A DNA stretch of 64,000 nt from Candidatus Liptonbacteria bacterium (lineage in GTDB: Bacteria; Patescibacteriota; Minisyncoccia; UBA6257; 2-01-FULL-56-20), in the NCBI GenBank assembly GCA_023244895.1, contig JAHFLL010000001.1:404741-468740 (forward strand), in the 5' to 3' direction. The first letter of the stretch is position 1, and every line of letters begins with the position of its first letter. The notes below the pieces were generated by a model. It saw nothing but the letters and a program-made list of their open reading frames with translations. It had not been told where the DNA came from and did no database searches. A program made the position numbers and the translations under genes. Below, in pieces: positions 28,614-37,464 of the stretch.

Positions 28614-30356
28614 TTATCCCCCGGCAACCTGCTGTTTCCAGAGAGCGGCATACAGGCCGTTTTTACTTAGAAGTTCCGCCGCGGAACCACGCTCTATCAG
28701 CTTCCCCTTTTCTAATACAAAGATGGTTTCGGAATGGACAATCGTAGAAAGACGATGAGCCACAAGTATGGTAATGAGATCCGGGCGCGTGAATTTTATA
28801 TTTTTAATGGTAAGTGTTATGTCTTCCTCTGTTAGAGAGTCCAAACTGGAGGTCGCCTCGTCAAAAATAATCAGGTCGGGTTTGCGCAAAAGCGCTCGCG
28901 CTATAGCCAATCTTTGCTTTTCTCCGCCGGAAAGCTTGAGTCCACCCTCCCCAATGCGGGTTGAAAGACCATTCTCTCCACGCTCAATAAGCACACTGGC
29001 AGAGGCTGCCCTAAGCGCCTCCTCGCAATCCTCATCGCTCGCCAGAGGATTCGCGAACAACAGATTCTCTCTGATGGTTCCGGCGAAAAGCTGGGTGTCT
29101 TGCGAAACCAGACCCATCTTTTTTCTCAGCCCCTCCTTATCTATATTCAGGTAGGGCTCTCCATTAATGGTTATCTTACCGGCGGTAGGTTCATACAGTC
29201 CTACAAGCAGCTTTATGATAGTGGACTTGCCCGAACCGGACGGACCCACAAAGGCGGCAGTCTGCCCTGGCCCTATTTCAAAATCTATTCCATTTAGAGC
29301 ATGCTCCGAGCTGGACTGATAAGAGAAAAAGACTTTATCAAATTTTATCCTGTCTATTTTCCCGATCGCGACCGGATGTTCCGGCTTCTTTTCCGCGGGT
29401 GTTCGGAAAAGCTCTTCTAGGCGACCCATGCTTGCCCGCATTTCCTGATAGCTCTTAGTCACATTGCCCAACTCACTCAAAGGATTGAAGACCGCGAAAG
29501 AGTAGAAGAGCAAACTAAAGAACTGGCCAAGGGTAATAGTACCCCTAAAGATTAAAAGCAACATTAGGAGCAGTAGTCCGGAACGCAAAACGTTGATTAG
29601 CGTGCCTTGGATAAAACTCATCTTGCGCACCAGAATCACTTTCTTGAGCTCCAATTGCAATATTTTTTCGTTCACGTCGTTTAGGCGTCCGATCTCCTGC
29701 TTTTCCAAACCCAAACTCTTCACTAATTCCACGTTACGCAAAGTCTCGGTAGTAGAGCCCGCCAGCCCCGCGGTCTGCTCAATTATGGTTTTCTGGGCGG
29801 TCTTAATCTTGCGGCTAATATAGTAGGTAGCCACGCCCAAAATAGGAATAATGGAAAAGTAAATTAGGCCAATCAGCCAGTTGACCGAAAACGCGTAAGA
29901 CAAAACAAACACCACTCCGATTAGGGACAGAAAAACAATATTAATAGCTCCCCGAATAAATTCTTCCGCGTCCGTGCGCGCTTTTTGTAACTTTTGCAAA
30001 AACTCACCGGAGCGCTGGTCCTCAAATATGGCGTAAGGCAAAGAGAAGGAATGCTCCACACTGTCCGAATAAATCTTGGTGCCAACCCTCTGGACTACAA
30101 TGCTGACGTAATAATCTTGAAAATTTTTGGCTACCCGGGAGACAAAGGCCACGCCCACCGAAGCTAAAAGCAACAAACCCACCCCGCGATAGAATTCCGG
30201 CTGGCTTAAAGCATCTGCCTTGGTGGCGTAACCGTCTATCAGATGCCGGAATATCTGCGGATCCAGCAAGGAGAATATCTGGTTTATGGTGGCGAGCAGT
30301 AGTGCTAGAAAGAGAGCTCGCCGATAGTCTTTAACGTATTTCCAGAGTAATTTCAT
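28614..30356 (-). CDS. ABC exporter, fused permease/ATPase (MsbA-like)
   Basis: 580 aa with an N-terminal 6-TM domain, then Walker A, LSGGEKQRLAIARAL and Walker B. Confidence 0.85.
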   Translation of the reverse strand: MKLLWKYVKDYRRALFLALLLATINQIFSLLDPQIFRHLIDGYATKADALSQPEFYRGVGLLLLASVGVAFVSRVAKNFQDYYVSIVVQRVGTKIYSDSVEHSFSLPYAIFEDQRSGEFLQKLQKARTDAEEFIRGAINIVFLSLIGVVFVLSYAFSVNWLIGLIYFSIIPILGVATYYISRKIKTAQKTIIEQTAGLAGSTTETLRNVELVKSLGLEKQEIGRLNDVNEKILQLELKKVILVRKMSFIQGTLINVLRSGLLLLMLLLIFRGTITLGQFFSLLFYSFAVFNPLSELGNVTKSYQEMRASMGRLEELFRTPAEKKPEHPVAIGKIDRIKFDKVFFSYQSSSEHALNGIDFEIGPGQTAAFVGPSGSGKSTIIKLLVGLYEPTAGKITINGEPYLNIDKEGLRKKMGLVSQDTQLFAGTIRENLLFANPLASDEDCEEALRAASASVLIERGENGLSTRIGEGGLKLSGGEKQRLAIARALLRKPDLIIFDEATSSLDSLTEEDITLTIKNIKFTRPDLITILVAHRLSTIVHSETIFVLEKGKLIERGSAAELLSKNGLYAALWKQQVAGG

Positions 30357-30446
30357 GGAATCCCGATTCTAGCATGATCGAGACACAAAAACACGCCTCC
30401 ACGCCCTCTCGGGGAGAGTAAAACCAACTTGGGCCTATCTACCCCT

Positions 30447-30722
30447 TTATGCTCCGTGCGAGGTGCGATGGGCCAGATTCCATAGCCAACCCAAAACATA
30501 GCCCACCACATAGCCAATGATGCCGGTTACGATGATGAGTAGAATGGCATTACCGAATCCGAATGGATCAATAGAGTACTGGACCGTCATAAAATGCAGG
30601 CCCAATATCCAATCCATAAGCGGTTTGGCAATATTGACCAGCACCATAAGCGCCCAGACCGCGTGCAGAATGGCGAACAGACCTCCCAGCGTTAGACCGA
30701 TTTTGTGAGAATTTAACTTCAT
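30447..30722 (-). CDS. Small membrane protein
   Basis: 91 aa with 3 TM helices. Confidence 0.4.
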   Translation of the reverse strand: MKLNSHKIGLTLGGLFAILHAVWALMVLVNIAKPLMDWILGLHFMTVQYSIDPFGFGNAILLIIVTGIIGYVVGYVLGWLWNLAHRTSHGA

Positions 30723-30767
30723 GTGAGATTTGATGATCTTCGACCTTTTTTATAAAAAATCTAAGAG

Positions 30768-31067
30768 CTATTCCGGAAAGAAACCATATTGGAGCGAGTA
30801 TTTAACGGTCAGGGTTTTGCCTATCGAAAGGGACTCCTTTTTGCAGACAGATTTCTTTATGGGTACAAAATACTTTTTACCCTTGGATGCGAAAAGCGAG
30901 GTTCGCCAGGTTGTTCCGCCTACCGTAACCGTGACCGGAATACTTCCCCACCCGCCCGGACGCACATTGGGGACCTTACCGTCCGGAATAGAAACATAAC
31001 TCCACGCTGCCGGACCAGGAAAGACGCACAACTTGCCCGTCACTGAATATTCTCCTGGAGGGTTCAT
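30768..31067 (-). CDS. DUF1905-domain protein
   Basis: Conserved TTWRTSL...VPIKK pattern. The start is taken at internal MNPPGEY; the longer ORF-track N-terminus is Gly/Arg junk. Confidence 0.5.
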   Translation of the reverse strand: MNPPGEYSVTGKLCVFPGPAAWSYVSIPDGKVPNVRPGGWGSIPVTVTVGGTTWRTSLFASKGKKYFVPIKKSVCKKESLSIGKTLTVKYSLQYGFFPE

Positions 31068-31093
31068 CTTCTTCGTCCTTATGTTTGTGGTCG

Positions 31094-31279
31094 CTAAGCT
31101 CCAGCTAGAAAACCAAAAAGTTGATGTACCAAGAAAGCTGGCCAGAGAACGGCCTTGAGCAATCCTAGTGCCCCCATCCCGAAAGAGGTGGCGTTGCTTA
31201 TGAAATAAACCGCCCCGCCCACCACTCCCAAACCATACACCGCCCCGGACGTACCTGCGCATTGCATTTTGTTTTGCAT
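31094..31279 (-). CDS. Small glycine-zipper membrane protein
   Basis: 61 aa with a GxxxG-rich TM segment, lying downstream of a purine-rich repeat tract. Confidence 0.3.
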   Translation of the reverse strand: MQNKMQCAGTSGAVYGLGVVGGAVYFISNATSFGMGALGLLKAVLWPAFLVHQLFGFLAGA

Positions 31280-31329
31280 GTATTAATTATCCCACTCACA
31301 TAAAAAAGCGCAAATCCTTATTCGCCCAT

Positions 31330-31425
31330 TCCCTCTTCCGCTTTCTAACTTCTACTTCCAACCTCTATCTTCTATATTCTATCTACTAACTTCTACCCTC
31401 CACTATACTTGAGTATAGTACCGGG
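31330..31425. repeat. Pyrimidine-rich (CTTCTAC-type) tract plus inverted copy of the 23-bp palindromic motif (left island edge)
   Basis: On the plus strand the tract contains almost no G. It ends with CCACTATACTTGAGTATAGTACC. This is the reverse complement of the GGTACTATACTACGGTATAGCGG motif at 39842 and 41041. Confidence 0.5.
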
Positions 31426-31575
31426 GATGAGAGAGTGGGAGTTGAGAGAATGAGAGCTGGGGGGTGGGAGTTTTGGGGGGCGGGGTGGGGGTGGGGGTGG
31501 GAGGGAGAAAACGGGTTGGAAAACGCGAGGGGGTTATTTTTGAGATGGGATAAGGGTTGGTGGGGTCAGATATTT
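31426..31575 (+). repeat. G-rich, C-poor tract (GGGGGTGGG repeats), G-quadruplex-capable
   Basis: GGGGGGTGGGAGTTTTGGGGGGCGGGGTGGGGGTGGGGGTGGGAGGGAG and nearby sequence. On the minus strand, transcribed from the upstream operon, this reads as C-rich/G-poor, which is rut-site-like. Confidence 0.5.
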
Positions 31576-31648
31576 ATGAACCAGGTTTTCGGAATGCTTG
31601 TAGGCCTCTTCGTTAATAAGGCTACTTCTCGATAAAAAGAAGTTATGA

Positions 31649-32404
31649 CTACCCAGTGGTCTTTTTGAGTTCTGGAACAGTCTCTTCGAGCAACGCCTTG
31701 ATTTGATCTGAGTCAAGTGAGGACAATGCGGAATATCCACCCCTGAGATTAAGCCTGCGCATTATCAGACGTACTTTTGCCTCCTTGCTATTCGAAAATA
31801 ATGTTGGATTTCCCACTACAAATTCAAGCACGGCGAATCGTATGGTCTCATTTCTTCCTTGGGCACCAGGCAATAGATGCGTGGTGTAGTCCAACATGGA
31901 AAATACCTCTCGGGTAAGGACGTAGGGATCTTTTGCGTCCTTCGTCTTCGTGAGAGAAACAACCCACCAGAGCCTTGCGATGTCGTTGTTCATCAACGAT
32001 GCGGGACTCATCGGATCGACAAACCAATGATCGAGAATATATTTACCTCGCTTACTTTCCTTCTGGGCGGATACATCCGTCCTCTTTTTCATATAGTCGA
32101 AAAAGTCCACGTGGGTAAGGTATGTCCAAAAGCGCTCATCCGATGCGTCTTCGGGGCTCAGCGCGCTGTACGCTTCGAAAAGTCGTATCGCGGCCTCCGC
32201 AGAATCCCTACTGCCCCCGCCCGGCGGGTTGGGAAATAATATTTTGGACATGGGAACCTTCAGAGACGACTGCACCGTATCGATATCTTCGACGGAGAAA
32301 CTTTCTCCTAAATATTTTTTTACGCCTTTCCCTGTACGCAAATCATCCTTCATTCTAACGAGGGCTGCGGTCGTAAATATCGGTCTGGTGTTTTTTTCTG
32401 GCAT
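31649..32404 (-). CDS. Hypothetical protein, 4th gene of GHKL-ATPase operon
   Basis: 251 aa. Its start lies 1 nt after the upstream stop. No recognisable family (motifs RFWTYLTHV and ILDHWF). Confidence 0.6.
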   Translation of the reverse strand: MPEKNTRPIFTTAALVRMKDDLRTGKGVKKYLGESFSVEDIDTVQSSLKVPMSKILFPNPPGGGSRDSAEAAIRLFEAYSALSPEDASDERFWTYLTHVDFFDYMKKRTDVSAQKESKRGKYILDHWFVDPMSPASLMNNDIARLWWVVSLTKTKDAKDPYVLTREVFSMLDYTTHLLPGAQGRNETIRFAVLEFVVGNPTLFSNSKEAKVRLIMRRLNLRGGYSALSSLDSDQIKALLEETVPELKKTTG

Positions 32405-32405
32405 A

Positions 32406-33257
32406 TCAGGAGAATGTTATTTTATCGACGATATTGTTGAGATCGTTCAGCGAATTGGTGAGGGGGTAGTCGAATATCGCTTGCACCAGCTCGGGGATAT
32501 TTTCCACCGAGACGCCTATGCGGCGCATTCGATCCTCTTTCATCAGGTCGGTCAGTTTCTTGTGCCACTTCCTGTGGTTGTGCGTGGCACTCCTATCTTC
32601 CGACAAAAACTCGCTCATCACCCAAAGCATAGCCGGATATACGTACAGCGATATGAATACTCGTTTCAAATCTTCGCTCTTTTTAATCTTCTTCATATTT
32701 TCGTAATCCTCTTCGGGTAACTTTATGAGGATAGGGTCCGACCCCAATTCGTACTTAACATCTTTCCCTGCATGCTTGTAGAACATGAAAAATGCGCCTT
32801 CCGATCCCGGCGTCTCCCAATCTTTGGTGACCTCGAAAGAATCGCTGCCGCTGTATCCGAGTATTTCACCCTTATGAACCGTGAAAGTTTGCCCATCGAA
32901 GAAATCTGTGGTGTAGGCATTTTTGTATCGCGGTATATCCTGTTTTGCGATAATCAAACACGTCGCCACAACCGTATCTCTGAGATATTTCGAATCTATC
33001 CTTATTTGCCCCGAACCGTCTCCAGGAAGCTCGAAGCCCATTCGATACATCGTCGAGGAACAGGATACGTCGACAAAGAAAACCGCCTTGCCGTCAGTTA
33101 TTAATTTCTCCATAGCTTCGTTATGGAGGACCTGAGAAACGGTCAAGATCGTCTCTTTGGCGATAACGAGTCCAATATGGGTCTCGAACCTACCGACGAT
33201 TTCGCCTCCGTCCTTGCGTAGTATTGGATGCGGCAACGATACAATGTCGAGTTTCAT
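32406..33257 (-). CDS. Hypothetical protein, 3rd gene of operon (possible PD-(D/E)xK-like motif GD...IDSK)
   Basis: 283 aa. ATGA overlap with the GHKL gene. The weak PD-x9-DxK pattern is speculative. Confidence 0.6.
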   Translation of the reverse strand: MKLDIVSLPHPILRKDGGEIVGRFETHIGLVIAKETILTVSQVLHNEAMEKLITDGKAVFFVDVSCSSTMYRMGFELPGDGSGQIRIDSKYLRDTVVATCLIIAKQDIPRYKNAYTTDFFDGQTFTVHKGEILGYSGSDSFEVTKDWETPGSEGAFFMFYKHAGKDVKYELGSDPILIKLPEEDYENMKKIKKSEDLKRVFISLYVYPAMLWVMSEFLSEDRSATHNHRKWHKKLTDLMKEDRMRRIGVSVENIPELVQAIFDYPLTNSLNDLNNIVDKITFS

Positions 33258-35155
33258 CGAGATTTTTTGATTAGTTCAAAAGCGTTGAGCTTCAGGGAAT
33301 ATTTTCCGGATTCCGAAAATTTTACCTTCAGTCTCCTTGCGCCCATTTTATTCAAAACAAGATCACGTATCTCGTTTGCATTGAAGCTGGGCTGATTTTT
33401 AACCGTCTTATCCGCTATGATCGTTTGCAAAACTAACCTCTCGGAAGAATCGTCGCCACCCGCAACTATTTGAACGATGTCTATTTTCTTTCCTGGCTCT
33501 CCCTTGATCTGAATCTGATGAGTCGGATTACTTTCGGAGTCGGAACCCGCAAATGAAAGGAATGCGATACCCGCTAGCGGTCGCGCGTCGTTATTCTTTG
33601 TTTTCGATTTTTTCTTTCCCTTGTTTCTCTTGTCGGCAACTGGAATATATACATCCCCACCTTCCTTCTCGGCGCGTTCTTTGATGCTCAGGATCTTCTT
33701 TTTTACTTTCAGATCCAAATTCCGCATTTCCTCGACGGTCACCTCGTCGCCGTATTCTTTTTGGGTGTATTCTTTTTCTCCGCCCTGCGCTCCAGAACCT
33801 TCGTCGGTATCCATTGCAATAAAATCCTCCAACCCCTCGATAGAAAGATATCGTTCTTCCCGAGAGGTGCTCAGTTTTTGCAACTCCCTTTTGATAAAAT
33901 TCTCCATTTCCAGATACGCCAACTTGGCCTTTTCGCGATTCTCTTGCGTTTTGGCGTTCTCCCATTTCCATTCGTTGTGTTCCTGGTTCTCCATCTCCCT
34001 GAGGAGCGCATTACCATTTTCGTTGTCGCAAATAAAAACCGCGGCATACCGATTCATCGAATTCTTCTTGATGCAGTCCACGACCATGCCGGGTTTCCGG
34101 ATCAAAGCCACCCGGTTGGGATACCCGTCAGCCAGTAAAAGATGCAAGCGAACCTTGCCGAGGTGATCCAATTCGTCCTCTATCGGAGCATCCTTACGAT
34201 AGGCGTAGTAGAGAGGTAGCGGGTTCGGCACATCCGTGTTGCCCCACTCGAAAGGAGCTTTGCTGAAATATTTATGGAGGAGGTGTTCGACGGTATTTTG
34301 ATTGATGGTTTCGTTTTCCTGCACCTTAACGGTAAGCTTGCCCGTAATGATGGGCAGCCAGAAATAGCGGAGGATCGATTGAACCAATTCTGAGGCCCAA
34401 TCGTCCTCACCGATGAAATCGGGGATTAAAAAGTCCGTGCCAGGTCTTATTCGCTTAAACACGCTCGGAAAAAGCTTGGTGAAATTAGTTGGGATGAGAT
34501 CGCGGTCGTGAATCGGCTTTTGATCACCCACGCCGTAGGTACCGTTATTTTGTTTTCGCTTCCCGTCTTCTTCGAACGTGGTAACGATGGTTTTCCCAGC
34601 GAAGGTATAAGAGTTGGCCTCGTCGATACTGGAAATGAAAAGGGAAAGAAAGCCGGACGAGACATAGTAAGCGCCTTTTCCCAGACCGAACGATCCACCG
34701 CTCCCAGACTGTTTATTGCTGAAACCGACGGATTCCGCAAACCGGAACCAGTTCTCTTTTGTCATGCCGACAGTATTGAAATCACTGATCCTGAGAACTT
34801 TGACCGTGGTATTTTTCGAGATTTTACTCGCTCCTTTCTCGAATTCGACTGCCGTATCAATCGCTCCTTTCTCCCTCAAATAAACGGCGCACGCCGAAAG
34901 TATCTTCGCGAGCCGCTCGGCTCCAGGCACGCTTTTGGCGGGCATCGTAACAACGCTGAATTCAGCTTCAACGGGCTTCCCTGAACTCGAATCGTGCGCG
35001 TCCATTATATTTTGGAGGGCCTCTCGGGCGATATAGTAGGAAGGATTACCGCGAAATTCAACCGTGGGCCCAGCATTCGGGCCATCGGCCATACCCCCCC
35101 CGAGATCCCCGAAAATCCATTCAGGCTTATTTGAATCTGTTGAAGTCTTGGGCAT
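33254..35155 (-). CDS. GHKL-superfamily ATPase (Hsp90/MORC/MutL-like Bergerat fold), 2nd gene of operon
   Basis: 633 aa with N-box EALQNIMDA, G1 box DFNTVGMTKE (Hsp90-like DxGxGMTK) and G2 GSGGSFGLGKG. It also has a Lys-rich low-complexity linker and a ~100-aa C-terminal domain. Confidence 0.7.
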   Translation of the reverse strand: MPKTSTDSNKPEWIFGDLGGGMADGPNAGPTVEFRGNPSYYIAREALQNIMDAHDSSSGKPVEAEFSVVTMPAKSVPGAERLAKILSACAVYLREKGAIDTAVEFEKGASKISKNTTVKVLRISDFNTVGMTKENWFRFAESVGFSNKQSGSGGSFGLGKGAYYVSSGFLSLFISSIDEANSYTFAGKTIVTTFEEDGKRKQNNGTYGVGDQKPIHDRDLIPTNFTKLFPSVFKRIRPGTDFLIPDFIGEDDWASELVQSILRYFWLPIITGKLTVKVQENETINQNTVEHLLHKYFSKAPFEWGNTDVPNPLPLYYAYRKDAPIEDELDHLGKVRLHLLLADGYPNRVALIRKPGMVVDCIKKNSMNRYAAVFICDNENGNALLREMENQEHNEWKWENAKTQENREKAKLAYLEMENFIKRELQKLSTSREERYLSIEGLEDFIAMDTDEGSGAQGGEKEYTQKEYGDEVTVEEMRNLDLKVKKKILSIKERAEKEGGDVYIPVADKRNKGKKKSKTKNNDARPLAGIAFLSFAGSDSESNPTHQIQIKGEPGKKIDIVQIVAGGDDSSERLVLQTIIADKTVKNQPSFNANEIRDLVLNKMGARRLKVKFSESGKYSLKLNAFELIKKSR

Positions 35156-35157
35156 TT

Positions 35158-35388
35158 TTATAGTTCAAACTCCTTCTCTTGTTTTTCTTCACCCCGAAAA
35201 CGAGCTTCCGCCTTCGCAAGCGCGTCTTTCATCGCCCCGAAAATCTTCCTTAATTGGTCTGGGGTGTAGTCGTAAAGCCCACGATTATGGAGATTGGAAA
35301 CGATCCGGATATCGTCGAGGACTTTCCTGACCCTTTTCTCCGCCAGCCGCTTGAACCGTTCCGCCTTTTGTTCGTTATTTTTTGACAT
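35158..35388 (-). CDS. Small helical basic protein, 1st gene of operon (possible DNA-binding/regulator)
   Basis: 76 aa. Its stop lies 2 nt before the GHKL ATG. A TTGACA-17-TATACT promoter sits upstream. Confidence 0.45.
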   Translation of the reverse strand: MSKNNEQKAERFKRLAEKRVRKVLDDIRIVSNLHNRGLYDYTPDQLRKIFGAMKDALAKAEARFRGEEKQEKEFEL

Positions 35389-35412
35389 AGTATTTTAGGA
35401 AGTATTTCCTGA

Positions 35413-35441
35413 AGTATATTCTATAGTATTTTCTATGTCAA
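35413..35441 (-). promoter_or_regulatory. Sigma70-like promoter for the 4-gene operon (TTGACA-17-TATACT on minus strand)
   Basis: Read directly from the sequence. It lies just downstream of a small GC hairpin that terminates vsr. Confidence 0.4.
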
Positions 35442-35446
35442 GTCTC

Positions 35447-35869
35447 TTATCTTCGGGCCTCTTCGGGGCCTAAACACCTCTTCATTTTGGTCTCTACGCG
35501 ATCCGGATGCTTCTTTATGACCGATCCCCAGAATCGGAGCACCTTATAACCGCGTTTGCGTAGTTCCCTGATCTGACGGCTGTCCCTTTTTATATTCGCA
35601 GCAATTTTTGATTTCCAAAAATCGGGAATTCGTGCGCCCCATTTTTTAAGCCCTCTTCCATGCCAAAAATCGCCATCCGCGAAGATGGCGATTTTATTTT
35701 TCACAAAGACAATGTCGGGTTTTCCCGGGAGACTGGCTACGTTTTTTCTGTAGCGTTCAATTTTCCAAAAAGGCCTGACTATTCTGCCCAATAGTTTTTC
35801 GATGTCGGTATTTTTTGTACCGACTTTCTTCATCAATACGCTACGCGCTTCTTTGGTTAATTTATCCAT
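35447..35869 (-). CDS. vsr: Very-short-patch-repair endonuclease
   Basis: Motif FADGDFWHGR (compare the FVDGCFWHGH Vsr signature) with conserved Asp/His. The start is probably internal MDKLT. Confidence 0.75.
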   Translation of the reverse strand: MDKLTKEARSVLMKKVGTKNTDIEKLLGRIVRPFWKIERYRKNVASLPGKPDIVFVKNKIAIFADGDFWHGRGLKKWGARIPDFWKSKIAANIKRDSRQIRELRKRGYKVLRFWGSVIKKHPDRVETKMKRCLGPEEARR

Positions 35870-36389
35870 GCTCCTCGACGCGTGGATAAATAATGCGTGC
35901 CTCTGCGACAAGAGCTTTAGTAACTGTTATATTCCATCCCCGCATAGTCTTGTGCCACTTCTTCAGTCTGAAAAATTGTTCCCATGTGATCTCTAAAATT
36001 TTCTTTGGCTGCAGATTCTGATCTATTAAAACAATAACGACGTACTCGAATTTCTTTTCCGAGGGATGCTCGATTTCGGGATCACCGAGTCCGTAAAAAA
36101 CACTCGTCAAACTGTTCGGCTCGGTAATTGTCTTTATGCTGTACCTGTCTCCCTTCCGACTCAATGCATCAACATTCTGGGTTCCTTCCGGAGCTGCTTG
36201 GAGCTTAGGCAACCCGGGAATTTTGTTATATGTTTCGATGGCCAAAAACTCGCCACGTTCCCCGGTGATGTTCTTGGTCCGTATTAACCCTCGCTTTTTC
36301 AAAAGAGTAATCGCAAACGCGTAGACGCTCCACACGACGTCATCACTGGCAGCCTCTATCTTCTCAAATATCTCAAATTCCTTTCCCAT
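35862..36389 (-). CDS. Hypothetical protein between dcm and vsr (R-M associated)
   Basis: 175 aa, translationally coupled to its neighbours. No recognised family. Confidence 0.45.
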   Translation of the reverse strand: MGKEFEIFEKIEAASDDVVWSVYAFAITLLKKRGLIRTKNITGERGEFLAIETYNKIPGLPKLQAAPEGTQNVDALSRKGDRYSIKTITEPNSLTSVFYGLGDPEIEHPSEKKFEYVVIVLIDQNLQPKKILEITWEQFFRLKKWHKTMRGWNITVTKALVAEARIIYPRVEEHG

Positions 36390-36397
36390 GAGTAAAT

Positions 36398-37384
36398 CTA
36401 CAGAAATTTTATTATTTCACGGCCAATTTCCCGTATCACGTTTATCGCCACGCTATTTCCGAGCTGCTTGAGCATCTGCGTATGTGTAACCGTTGTTGGA
36501 AAATCGAAATCCGCCGGAAATCCCATCATCGTTTTCATCTCACCCACAGTCAAGACATGTTTTTCCCCTCCAACAATATATGTATCCCAACTCCTCTTGT
36601 CCACAAACCATTCTCCGTTTCTTTTTTTGTATACTGGCGACCCGCGCCCACCAACTCGAATGGTTCTCCCTATCTTGTTCGGCCATTTCTTATCTTTAAA
36701 GAATTTACATAAAGTCGTGCCTCCTGGACTAGTTGGCTTTGGGAATTTAAATTCCTTGGCGCCAGGCGCTCCTTTTTTAAAGGCCACTAAATAAAATCTG
36801 GGTCGAGCGGTCGGCAGACCGAAATCGCTGGCATTCAGAAAGTTCCAGGAATCGTCTCGCTCCTCGTTTACGTAATATCCAGCCCTGTCCAGTTTTTCCA
36901 AGATAATTTGGAACGTATGCTTATTGTCGTGATTAACAATGTTCCTCACGTTCTCCAGAAAAATAACCTTCGGCTGCTTGGCCAAAATTATTCTCTCTAT
37001 GTCACCGAATAGGGTGCCTCTGTCATCATCAAATCCCCGTTTTTGTCCGATACGACTGAACGGTTGGCATGGGAAACCAGCACACAATACATCGAATTTT
37101 GGTATAACCCTTTTTATATTTTTATCCCAAATTGTTTTTGATTGCCCAGTATCAGTAAGGGTTATGTCCTTTATGCTTTTCCAAAAATAGGGTTCGCGCT
37201 TCTTGCTTTTAAACAATTCGGGGTTGGTCTTACGAAAATTATGCTCGTATGTCTTCCGTGCATTCTCGTCGAATTCATTTACGAACACGCATTCACCGCC
37301 GAGCTCCTGTAGCGCGAGATGGAATCCACCGATTCCAGCGAAAAGGTCAATAAATGTAAACTTTGGCCTCCTTTTCTTTTTCAT
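36398..37384 (-). CDS. dcm: DNA (cytosine-5)-methyltransferase
   Basis: Motif I FIDLFAGIGG, motif IV GFPCQPFS, ENV, and the C-terminal target-recognition and motif IX/X pattern. Confidence 0.85.
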   Translation of the reverse strand: MKKKRRPKFTFIDLFAGIGGFHLALQELGGECVFVNEFDENARKTYEHNFRKTNPELFKSKKREPYFWKSIKDITLTDTGQSKTIWDKNIKRVIPKFDVLCAGFPCQPFSRIGQKRGFDDDRGTLFGDIERIILAKQPKVIFLENVRNIVNHDNKHTFQIILEKLDRAGYYVNEERDDSWNFLNASDFGLPTARPRFYLVAFKKGAPGAKEFKFPKPTSPGGTTLCKFFKDKKWPNKIGRTIRVGGRGSPVYKKRNGEWFVDKRSWDTYIVGGEKHVLTVGEMKTMMGFPADFDFPTTVTHTQMLKQLGNSVAINVIREIGREIIKFL

Positions 37385-37464
37385 TATTTATACAATCAGA
37401 ATAGCATAATTTCCCTCCATTTTCACAGATTTATATACCCCAGCGATGCGCCAGAGCGAATGGT

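Noticed and set aside
33591-34984. Antisense and alternate-frame ORFs inside the GHKL ATPase gene
   Set aside because: Arg-rich or Ser-rich low-complexity translations, fully contained within a gene that has strong motif support.
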